Assembly (NCBI GenBank): GCA_038065555.1
Contig: JBBTQS010000001.1
Coordinates: 128,741 to 192,740 of the forward strand
Direction: 5' to 3'
DNA: 64,000 nt
From: Patescibacteria group bacterium
Lineage (GTDB): Bacteria > Patescibacteriota > Patescibacteriia > Magasanikbacterales > JBBTQS01
Position numbers and translations under genes: made by a program. This document shows positions 18,750-27,033 of the stretch, in pieces. The notes under the pieces were generated by a model that ran no database searches, was not told the DNA's origin, and saw nothing but the letters and a program-made list of their open reading frames with translations. Positions within the stretch are counted from its first letter, which is position 1. Each line of letters opens with the position of its first letter.

Positions 18750-21452
18750 ATGATGAAATTTCTCTCAACATTCTTTGGTGATGCGAATGAACGGACCGTG
18801 CGCGAGTTACGGCAGGTTGCTGAGTTAGTGAATGCGCAAGAAGCAGTGATTTCGCCGCTTTCTGATGAGGCTCTGCGCGCAAAGACAGTAGAGCTACGTG
18901 AGCGCCATGCTGCAGGAGCGTCACTCGACGATCTGTTGCCAGAGGCGTTTGCTGTGGTGCGCGAAGCTGCACGTCGCGTGTTAGGGCAGCGTCATTACGA
19001 TGTTCAGCTCATGGGTGGTGTTGTTCTCCATCGCGGTCAAATTGCGGAAATGCGTACCGGTGAAGGTAAGACGCTTACTTCCACACTTCCAGTGTATCTC
19101 AATGCGATTGCTGGTAATGGAGTGCACGTGGTGACCGTGAACGACTATCTCGCGCGTCGCGACGCGGTGTGGATGGGACGCGTGTTCAAATTCTTGGGCA
19201 TGTCTGTTGGTATTATCCAGAACCTGCAGGTGAGTTATGTTTTTGATCCGGAATTTGCTGGAACCAATCCTGAAGATGCTGGATTGCGTCCATCGACGCG
19301 CCAGGAATCGTATCAGTGCGATATCACGTACGGAACGAACAACGAATTTGGTTTTGATTATTTGCGTGACAACATGGTGCAGGATTCGGCGCACATGGTG
19401 CAGCGACCGTTTTCTTTTGCCATCGTGGATGAGCTCGATTCGATTCTCATCGATGAAGCGCGTACACCGCTGATTATTTCTGCACCTGCGGCAGATGCAA
19501 GTGATGAGTATTACAAGTATGCAGCGCTTGCAAGCAAGCTCGTGCCTGAAGAAGATTTCAAGGTAGACGAGAAGTTGCGTGCTGCGACACTCACCGATGG
19601 TGGTATTGCGAAGATGGAGCAGTGGTTGGGCATTGAGAACCTCTATGCAGACGGGAGTACTCGTGCTGCACACTTTGCAGAATCAGCAGTGAAGGCGCGT
19701 GCGCTCTTCCATCGAGACAAGGAATATGTGGTGCGTGAAGGCGAGATTGTCATTGTCGACGAGTTCACTGGACGCATGATGTTCGGACGTCGCTACAATC
19801 AGGGTCTGCACCAAGCGATCGAAGCAAAGGAAGGTGTGAAGATTCAGCAGGAGAGTCAGACGCTCGGAACCGTGACGTTCCAGAATTATTTCCGTCTCTA
19901 TCCGAAGCTCGGTGGTATGACTGGTACTGCCATGACCGAGGCAGAAGAGTTCCACAAAATTTACAAGCTCGAAGTTGTAGTGATTCCAACGCATCGCGAC
20001 AACATTCGTGTGGACCATCAGGACCTGATTTACAAGACAGAAGAGGGCAAGATTCGCGCGGTTATTGCTGATGTGAAGGCGCGCCACGAGAAGGGACAGC
20101 CCGTGCTCATTGGTACCATCTCCATTGAGAAGAACGAGCTTCTCTCACTGCTTCTGGAGCAGCAAGGAGTGCCGCACGAAATGTTGAATGCCAAGAACCA
20201 CCAGCGAGAAGCAGAAATCATTGCACAAGCTGGACGTCGTGGTGCTGTGACGCTTGCAACGAACATGGCTGGGCGTGGTGTGGACATTATCCTCGGTGGT
20301 AATCCACCAGACGTTGAGGAAGCGCGCAAGGTGCGTGAACTCGGCGGTCTCTATGTCATCGGTACAGAGCGTCATGAATCACGCCGTATCGACAACCAGC
20401 TGCGTGGACGCGCAGGTCGCCAGGGTGATCCTGGTGAGACACAATTTTACGTTTCTACCGAAGACGATCTCATGCGCATTTTTGCAGGAGATCGCATGAA
20501 GACAATGATGGAGCGATTGAAACTCGATGAGGATACGCCGATTTCGCATCCGTTCATCTCTAAGGCGCTCGAGAACGCGCAGAAAAAGGTCGAAGGGAAT
20601 AACTTCGACACGCGTAAGCATTTGTTGGATTACGATGATGTGCTCAACAAGCATCGCGAAGTGTTCTATCGCCGTCGTCGCGAGGTTCTTGTTGCTGCGC
20701 AGGCTGAAGTTGGAGATGGTTCACTCGATGCATTAGTGCAGGATATGATGCGTGAGGAAGTGCGAGTAACGGTGGAGGAGTATACCCAGAGTGAGAACGC
20801 GTCGCAGTGGAATCGCGAGTCACTTGTAGCAGCATTACAACTCCTCGAACCATCAGCAGATGGCATTGTTGCTACTGCATGGGATGATCCAGCACTGAGC
20901 CCCGAAGCGAGCCGCGAACAAATCATCACGCAATTGCAGGAGCGATTGTTGTCTCGTCATGCTGAGCTCATCGCATCGATGGAACCTCAGGTTGCCCGCG
21001 ACATGGAGCGCTCTATTATGTTGCGCGCCATGGACGCATTGTGGATCGAACATCTTGAGGCTGTAGATCAGTTGCGTACAGGTATTGGTTTGCAAGGATA
21101 TGGTCAGCGTGATCCACTCGTGGAGTATCGCCGTGAGACGCATCGTCTCTTCACCATGCTCATGACGCTCATTCGTCGTGATAGTGTCCTTGCGCTCGCA
21201 CAAGTTCGCGGTGCAGTGCAGTCCTACAATGGAATGCTCGCAGCGCGCCAAGTGCAACTCTCTGGTGCAGCAAAGACCATGCAAGAGACCGCTGCAACGT
21301 CAACCGACGGTCAGCTGATGGAGTCCACACTTGGACAGGCTGCCGTTGCCGTATCCTCACTTTCGCCCGTTGAATCAGGCGACAAGGTGGGACGCAATGA
21401 GCCATGTCACTGCGGCTCAGGCAAGAAGTTCAAGAAGTGTCATGGTGCGTAA
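18750..21452 (+). CDS. secA: Preprotein translocase ATPase SecA
   Basis: MRTGEGKT, VDELDSILIDEARTP, DNQLRGRAGRQG and C-terminal SEC-C GRNEPCHCGSGKKFKKCH. Confidence 0.98.
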   Translation: MMKFLSTFFGDANERTVRELRQVAELVNAQEAVISPLSDEALRAKTVELRERHAAGASLDDLLPEAFAVVREAARRVLGQRHYDVQLMGGVVLHRGQIAEMRTGEGKTLTSTLPVYLNAIAGNGVHVVTVNDYLARRDAVWMGRVFKFLGMSVGIIQNLQVSYVFDPEFAGTNPEDAGLRPSTRQESYQCDITYGTNNEFGFDYLRDNMVQDSAHMVQRPFSFAIVDELDSILIDEARTPLIISAPAADASDEYYKYAALASKLVPEEDFKVDEKLRAATLTDGGIAKMEQWLGIENLYADGSTRAAHFAESAVKARALFHRDKEYVVREGEIVIVDEFTGRMMFGRRYNQGLHQAIEAKEGVKIQQESQTLGTVTFQNYFRLYPKLGGMTGTAMTEAEEFHKIYKLEVVVIPTHRDNIRVDHQDLIYKTEEGKIRAVIADVKARHEKGQPVLIGTISIEKNELLSLLLEQQGVPHEMLNAKNHQREAEIIAQAGRRGAVTLATNMAGRGVDIILGGNPPDVEEARKVRELGGLYVIGTERHESRRIDNQLRGRAGRQGDPGETQFYVSTEDDLMRIFAGDRMKTMMERLKLDEDTPISHPFISKALENAQKKVEGNNFDTRKHLLDYDDVLNKHREVFYRRRREVLVAAQAEVGDGSLDALVQDMMREEVRVTVEEYTQSENASQWNRESLVAALQLLEPSADGIVATAWDDPALSPEASREQIITQLQERLLSRHAELIASMEPQVARDMERSIMLRAMDALWIEHLEAVDQLRTGIGLQGYGQRDPLVEYRRETHRLFTMLMTLIRRDSVLALAQVRGAVQSYNGMLAARQVQLSGAAKTMQETAATSTDGQLMESTLGQAAVAVSSLSPVESGDKVGRNEPCHCGSGKKFKKCHGA

Positions 21453-21505
21453 AAATGAAAAAGCTCGGGACTCGCACAGCGGTTAGGCTGATTGTGTCCC
21501 GAGCT
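21452..21505 (-). terminator. Intrinsic terminator facing the minus strand
   Basis: 10-bp stem AGCTCGGGAC (21462-21471)/GTCCCGAGCT (21496-21505). The T-tract (TTTTCATTTTT) is on the minus strand only. Confidence 0.75.
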
Positions 21506-21656
21506 CCAGATCAGTTAGGTAGGTCGGATCGTCAATCCGGAGTCGTCACCCGTTTCGCTTGGCGCCGCGTGTGCTGGTATGCTGCGGTGTGCCATCTTTT
21601 TTCAGAAGGGTTCGCGACTGTGCGCATTGCGAAATGCCAATAAACTGATCTGGAGC
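21455..21656 (-). ncRNA. Candidate structured non-coding RNA, family unknown
   Basis: Lies between a consensus promoter and an oriented terminator. A 14-bp terminal inverted repeat encloses several nested hairpins. Confidence 0.55.
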
Positions 21657-21657
21657 G

Positions 21658-21686
21658 AGTCTAGCACAACACGTCATTTTTGTCAA
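21658..21686 (-). promoter_or_regulatory. sigma70-type promoter of the candidate ncRNA
   Basis: TTGACA-17 nt-TAGACT with TG extension. Confidence 0.7.
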
Positions 21687-21720
21687 GTAGGCAATAGACA
21701 CTACGAAATTGATCTCAAAT

Positions 21721-22290
21721 ATGCATATTATTCTCGGTTCTTCCTCAGCATCTCGTCAGCAGGTGATGCGTGAGCTGGGGTTGCCATTTACGATTGTTAC
21801 GCCTGACATCGATGAGAAGTCGATTCGATTTGATGATCCAGAGACGCTCACGTTGGCTATTGCCAATGCGAAGGCTGATGCGGTGGCCGACAAGCTCACG
21901 GAGTCGGGGATCGTCATTGCGTCAGATCACGTGGAAGTCTGCGATGGAGTGATCTATGAAAAGCCTTCAAGTGAACAAGAAATTCGCGAGCTGTATAAGC
22001 ACTTCAGCAATCGTGAGCTCGTGGGGTACTCAGCAGTCGTGGTACTCAACACTGCGACTGGGAAGCGCGCGCAAGGTATCGAGCGTGCATCATTCATGTA
22101 TCGCGAAATTCCCGATGCAGTGCTCACGCAGTACATTGCAGAAGGGGATCCGTGGAATGCCGCGGGTGCTATTCGCGTGCAGAACGAGTTGCTCCTTCCG
22201 TATTTGGAATATTTGCACGGTGGAGTTGATGTGATTATGGGGTTGCCCAAAGCATTGACACTTCGTCTCGTCGAAGAAGTGCAGAACTAG
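21721..22290 (+). CDS. maf: Maf family nucleotide pyrophosphatase
   Basis: IILGSSSASR, DIDEK, KA, YEKP, AGA and IMGLP. Confidence 0.9.
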   Translation: MHIILGSSSASRQQVMRELGLPFTIVTPDIDEKSIRFDDPETLTLAIANAKADAVADKLTESGIVIASDHVEVCDGVIYEKPSSEQEIRELYKHFSNRELVGYSAVVVLNTATGKRAQGIERASFMYREIPDAVLTQYIAEGDPWNAAGAIRVQNELLLPYLEYLHGGVDVIMGLPKALTLRLVEEVQN

Positions 22291-22357
22291 GTGACTCGTG
22301 TTATCCACTTGTACTTTTTTGGTTCTTCAGCGTACAATACGGCCGTAATTTCAGCCT

Positions 22358-24397
22358 ATGCTTCAGATTCAAGATACACCTGAGAAACGTGCGCAATTGC
22401 GTACGAAGTTCTATGTCCTCGTGATTGCATGTATTGCGCTCGTGCTCTTCGTAGCGCCAGGTGCGTACAACCGGCTTTCGAGCTGGGTCAACAGCAAGAC
22501 CAACGTCAGTATTGGTCAATTGCACTTCGATCCATTCCGTCTCGGACTGGATCTGCAAGGTGGTGCACATTTGGTGTACGAAGTGGACACACGTCCAGTT
22601 CCAGCAGATGAAAATGTTGATGACGCAGTGGAAGGTGTACGCAATGTCGTGAATCGTCGTGTAAATGCATTTGGCGTAGGCGAACCAATTATTCAGACCA
22701 ACAAGAGCGGGGATACCCATCGCATTATTGTTGAATTGCCAGGTGTCTCTGACATGAACGCCGCAATTAGCGCGATTGGCAAAACGCCGATTCTTGAGTT
22801 CAAAGAAGTGGGCGAAGCAACAACAACACCGCTCACCGCAGAGGAAAAGGCCGAAATCGTAACAAAGAATACAGAGTCTAAGGCAGTGATTACCAAGGCG
22901 CTCGATGCACTTCGCAAGGGTCGCAGCCTCGATGATGTAGCAAAAGAGTTTTCTCAATTGACAGCGGCAAAGGAAAAGGGTGCAGACATGGGGCTGATTG
23001 ACGATCAATATGATGACGCAAAATTGATCGCATGGCTCAAGGCAAATCGTCCAGGCACTACTTCTGGATTCCTCGAAACGGACAAAGGGTTCTACATTCT
23101 CAAGAATAACGAAACAACAACCGGCCCAATCAAGGTGAAGGTTCGTCACATCCTCATCTGTCATCAAGGCGCAGACCAGTGTGGATTAAATATTACTGAG
23201 GAAGAGGCGCTGCGTCAGGCGAGCGAATTGCGTGGAACGCTCACGCCGCAGAATTTCGCAGAACAGGCGACGCTACGCTCTACAGATGGTTCTGCAAGCC
23301 AGGGTGGTGCACTACCAGAGTTCGGACGTAATGAAATGATTCCTGTTTTTCAGGACGCAGCATTTGCACTCAAGACAGGGGAGATTAGCCAGCCAGTGAA
23401 GTCACAGTATGGCTACCACATTATTTACAAGGAGAGTGAAGTGCGTGGAACGACCTTCAAGGTGAGTGGTGTCTATGCGCAGAAGTTCACAGAAGCAGAT
23501 TTCCAGGACGCGGCAAGTGAGTGGAAGAATACGGGACTTGGTGGCGCGCAACTTGTGCGATCTGCAGTGCAGTATGATCCTAATACCAACGCTCCTACCG
23601 TTGGACTTGAGTTCAGTGACGAAGGTGAGAAACTCTTCGCAGAGATTACTCGTCGCAACATTGGCAAGCCAATCGCTATTTTTCTCGATGGCGAAATCAT
23701 CAGTCAGCCTACGGTGAATACGGAGATTACGACGGGTGAAGCTGTGATTGAAGGTGATTTCACATTATCGCAGGCTCGTACGTTGGTTCGTGAGCTCAAT
23801 GCGGGTGCATTGCCACTTCCGGTGAAGTTGGTTTCACAACAAAAGGTAGATGCGAGTCTTGGATCTGAGTCACTCGACAAGAGTCTCATGGCAGCTCTCA
23901 TTGGGTTCGGGTTGGTGAGTCTCTTCGTGATTTTGTACTACCGACTCATGGGCGTGCTCGCGGTACTGGGATTGGGTGTGTACACGCTTATCGTTCTTGC
24001 ACTCTTCAAGATCGTTCCTGTCACCATGACCGCATCGGGTATTGCAGGATTTATCTTGTCACTTGGTACGGCGATTGATGCCAATATTCTGATCTTCGAG
24101 CGTATCAAGGAAGAGCGCCGATTGGGCAAGCGATTGCACGCAGCAATTGAAGAAGGATTTGTTCGCGCTTGGCCATCGATTCGTGATAGCAATGTTTCGA
24201 CGCTCATTACCTGTGTCATTCTCTTCTGGTTCGGAACGAGTATGGTGCGTGGATTTGCTCTGACGTTGTCCATCGGTGTTCTTGTTACCATGTTTACTGC
24301 AGTATTTGTGATCAGACTCTTCATTCGTCTGGTTGTACCACGTTTGGACGAACACACGAAGCTCGTGCTGGGAGCACCTGAGACCCCACGCGAATAA
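22358..24397 (+). CDS. secD: Protein translocase subunit SecD with inserted parvulin PPIase domains
   Basis: LGLDLQGG, RRVNAFGVGEP, LNAGALP, AIDANILIFERIKEE and SIRDSNVST. The insert carries VRHILI..SQYGYHII. Confidence 0.93.
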   Translation: MLQIQDTPEKRAQLRTKFYVLVIACIALVLFVAPGAYNRLSSWVNSKTNVSIGQLHFDPFRLGLDLQGGAHLVYEVDTRPVPADENVDDAVEGVRNVVNRRVNAFGVGEPIIQTNKSGDTHRIIVELPGVSDMNAAISAIGKTPILEFKEVGEATTTPLTAEEKAEIVTKNTESKAVITKALDALRKGRSLDDVAKEFSQLTAAKEKGADMGLIDDQYDDAKLIAWLKANRPGTTSGFLETDKGFYILKNNETTTGPIKVKVRHILICHQGADQCGLNITEEEALRQASELRGTLTPQNFAEQATLRSTDGSASQGGALPEFGRNEMIPVFQDAAFALKTGEISQPVKSQYGYHIIYKESEVRGTTFKVSGVYAQKFTEADFQDAASEWKNTGLGGAQLVRSAVQYDPNTNAPTVGLEFSDEGEKLFAEITRRNIGKPIAIFLDGEIISQPTVNTEITTGEAVIEGDFTLSQARTLVRELNAGALPLPVKLVSQQKVDASLGSESLDKSLMAALIGFGLVSLFVILYYRLMGVLAVLGLGVYTLIVLALFKIVPVTMTASGIAGFILSLGTAIDANILIFERIKEERRLGKRLHAAIEEGFVRAWPSIRDSNVSTLITCVILFWFGTSMVRGFALTLSIGVLVTMFTAVFVIRLFIRLVVPRLDEHTKLVLGAPETPRE

Positions 24398-24407
24398 TTC
24401 CACCTCT

Positions 24408-25325
24408 ATGATCTCCATTGTTAAGACACGCAAAGTTTGGTACTCCGCAGCGGTGGTCTATTTGTTCATCGCGATCGCCGCAATCTTCTGGTACGGATTC
24501 AAGCCAGGACTCGACTTCACAGGTGGTGCATTGTTGGAAGTTGATTTCTCTCAGAACCGTCCGTCAACCTCCGTTGTGTACGAAGCACTCAAGCCAATGG
24601 ACCTCGGCACCATTGTTGCGCAGCCAGCAGACGAGCAGGCGATGCTCGTTCGTCTCCCGTTCCTCAGCGTTGAGCAGCATCAGGAAGTGTTGAATCGACT
24701 CGATGAGCTCAACGGTACTGCGCCAATTGTCGAGACACGCTACGAGACCATCGGACCATCGGTGAGCAGTGAGCTGAAATCCAAGTCTATCAGCGCTATT
24801 ATCCTCGTGATTCTCGGAATCATGGTGTACATCACTTGGACGTTCCGCAAAGTATCCAAGCCGATTCCGTCTTGGAACTACGGACTCATTGTCGTTGTCG
24901 CGCTGGTGCACGACGTGATTGTTCCAGCAGGCGTGATGGCTGTCCTTGGTCACTTCCTTGGGTATGAAATCGATACACTGTTCGTTGTTGCATTGTTGAC
25001 GATCCTTGCATTCTCTGTGAACGACACGATTGTGACGTTCGATCGCATTCGCGAAAATCTCGTACGCGCTCCACAACCTGATTTTGCAGACACTGTGGAT
25101 AACAGCATCAACGAGACAATCACGCGATCCCTCGCAACATCATTCGCGGTGCTACTCACCATGTTCGCCGTGTACTTCTTTGGTGGCGAAACTGTTGAGC
25201 ATTTCATGCTCATTATGATCGTTGGAATGATTGCGGGTACGTACTCTTCGATCTTCCTCGCGTCTCCGATGCTCGTAGATCTTGCACGTCGAATGGATGT
25301 GCACAAACTCGTACCAAAAAAATAA
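24408..25325 (+). CDS. secF: Protein translocase subunit SecF
   Basis: GLDFTGG, IGPSVS, ALVHD, SVNDTIVTFDRIREN and GTYSSIFLA. Confidence 0.95.
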   Translation: MISIVKTRKVWYSAAVVYLFIAIAAIFWYGFKPGLDFTGGALLEVDFSQNRPSTSVVYEALKPMDLGTIVAQPADEQAMLVRLPFLSVEQHQEVLNRLDELNGTAPIVETRYETIGPSVSSELKSKSISAIILVILGIMVYITWTFRKVSKPIPSWNYGLIVVVALVHDVIVPAGVMAVLGHFLGYEIDTLFVVALLTILAFSVNDTIVTFDRIRENLVRAPQPDFADTVDNSINETITRSLATSFAVLLTMFAVYFFGGETVEHFMLIMIVGMIAGTYSSIFLASPMLVDLARRMDVHKLVPKK

Positions 25326-25349
25326 AAGGTGTGGTATACTTTGTCTCGT

Positions 25350-25517
25350 ATGGAAGACAAAGTTTGGAGACATATCTACTCATTCGTCACTACGGTGATG
25401 TTCTTCGTGATCTTCACCGGCGCATATTACGCAGGTGCGCATAACTTCTGGTGGATGGGTGTGGTTTTTTTGCCGATCGCGTATCTCGGCGTGTTCAATT
25501 TCTTAGTACCGGATTAG
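25350..25517 (+). CDS. Small (55 aa) two-TM membrane protein
   Basis: Two hydrophobic helices. TGGTATACT -10 lies 9 nt upstream, and the stop is 1 nt before the next ATG. Confidence 0.7.
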   Translation: MEDKVWRHIYSFVTTVMFFVIFTGAYYAGAHNFWWMGVVFLPIAYLGVFNFLVPD

Positions 25518-25518
25518 C

Positions 25519-27027
25519 ATGTTCCTTCTCGAAGATTTTATCCTGACCATTAATAGCATTTTTGGTCAGCAAATCCATAGCGGATGGGAATTGTTTTTGT
25601 TCTTCTACGTTCATGGCGGGTGGATCATTCTTTTTATGTTCTTGTTTCGCGCCAGCCTCGAGATGTTCTACATCTACCGAGTTGGACGATTCATGGGCCA
25701 GAAGTTCCAATGGCATTTCATTGCCATCGACATTCCGAAGGAGAACGTGCAGACACCAGTTGCAGTAGAGAACATTTTTTCCCACCTTGCAGGTGCGCAC
25801 CAGACACGCGACTTGAAGGAAAAGTATTGGGATGGGCAGTGGCAGCAGTGGTATAGTTTTGAAATTGTAAGCATCGAAGGACACATCCAGTTCATTATCA
25901 TGCTGGAGCATTCGATGCGTGATGTTACTGAATCTGCGATTTATGCGCAGTATCCAGATGCTGAAATCACAGAGATTGAGGACTACGCAAAGGATTTCCC
26001 CAACACTTTCCCAGACAAGGAATACCAGTTGTGGGGGACCGAGTTCGAGCTCGTGAGCAGTCAGTATTTCCCAATCAAGACCTATTCGAGTTTTGAGGAC
26101 AAAATGTCCAAGGACGATCAGTTCAAGGATCCAATGGCTGCGATCCTCGAAACATTCACTCGTATTGGACGTGACGAGCAAGCGTGGTTACAGATCATCG
26201 TCTTCCCGATCGGACAATCATGGAAGGAAGAGGGGTTCAAGATGGCAAAGCAAATGTTGGGCAAGAGCGATCCACCGAAGCGCCATTGGTGGCACGATGT
26301 AGGCGAGTTCCCACTCTATATCCTCAAGCTCGCAGTCTACGGCATTGTAGGTGGTGAGGAAGTACCGAAGTTCGATAATGGGGAGAAGAAGAAGGACGAC
26401 GCCATGATGTTCGGTACATGGAATCTGACCCCGGGTGAGGTTCAGACCATCAAGGAAATGGAAGAGAAAGTATCGAAAATTGGTTACAACGTGAAGATCC
26501 GTGTGGTGTATATTGGTAAAAAAGAAGTCTTCGACAAATCTCGTATTGTGTACGGTATTGTGGGTGCAATGAAGCAGTTCACCCGTGAAGACAGCAACGC
26601 GCTCAAGCCATCATACAAACTTACTGGTACCTCGGCGCACTATATCTTCACTGATGCTCGTAAGAATGTACGAAGAACAAAGATGATCCGCGCGTACAAG
26701 TCGCGCAGTGCGTGGAGTGGTAAGTTGCCATTCGTGTTGAACGTTGAGGAGCTCGCGACCTTGTGGCATTTCCCAATCAAGTCTGTACGTGCGCCGCTTG
26801 TGCAGAAGACAACGAGCAAGCGTGGAGAAGCGCCAGTTGGCCTGCCTATGGTGTTTGAACGCAGAACACCACCGCAGCCCCAAGCTCCTGCAGCAAGTGT
26901 TCCTATGGTGATTCCTGATGAGGTAGCACATGATGTGCTCACCACTGCTGAAATCGATGGAGTACACGGTCAGAGTGCGAAGAATGCAAAGATGACAGAC
27001 GCGCCCGATAATTTGCCCTTTGTTTGA
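25519..27027 (+). CDS. Conserved hypothetical membrane-anchored protein (partner of TraD-like ATPase)
   Basis: N-terminal TM, SFEIVS..G.IQF, ESAIYAQYPDAEI, FPIKTY and ELATLWHFP. I recognise these motifs from CPR proteins paired or fused with coupling-protein-like ATPases. Confidence 0.75.
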   Translation: MFLLEDFILTINSIFGQQIHSGWELFLFFYVHGGWIILFMFLFRASLEMFYIYRVGRFMGQKFQWHFIAIDIPKENVQTPVAVENIFSHLAGAHQTRDLKEKYWDGQWQQWYSFEIVSIEGHIQFIIMLEHSMRDVTESAIYAQYPDAEITEIEDYAKDFPNTFPDKEYQLWGTEFELVSSQYFPIKTYSSFEDKMSKDDQFKDPMAAILETFTRIGRDEQAWLQIIVFPIGQSWKEEGFKMAKQMLGKSDPPKRHWWHDVGEFPLYILKLAVYGIVGGEEVPKFDNGEKKKDDAMMFGTWNLTPGEVQTIKEMEEKVSKIGYNVKIRVVYIGKKEVFDKSRIVYGIVGAMKQFTREDSNALKPSYKLTGTSAHYIFTDARKNVRRTKMIRAYKSRSAWSGKLPFVLNVEELATLWHFPIKSVRAPLVQKTTSKRGEAPVGLPMVFERRTPPQPQAPAASVPMVIPDEVAHDVLTTAEIDGVHGQSAKNAKMTDAPDNLPFV

Positions 27028-27033
27028 TATCCT

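Noticed and set aside
21503-21656. Retron msr-msd interpretation of the inverted-repeat-bounded element
   Set aside because: No reverse transcriptase in the window and no long msd stem.
22301-22309. DnaA-box-like TTATCCACT upstream of secD
   Set aside because: Single 8/9 match with no box cluster or AT-rich unwinding element, so not an origin.
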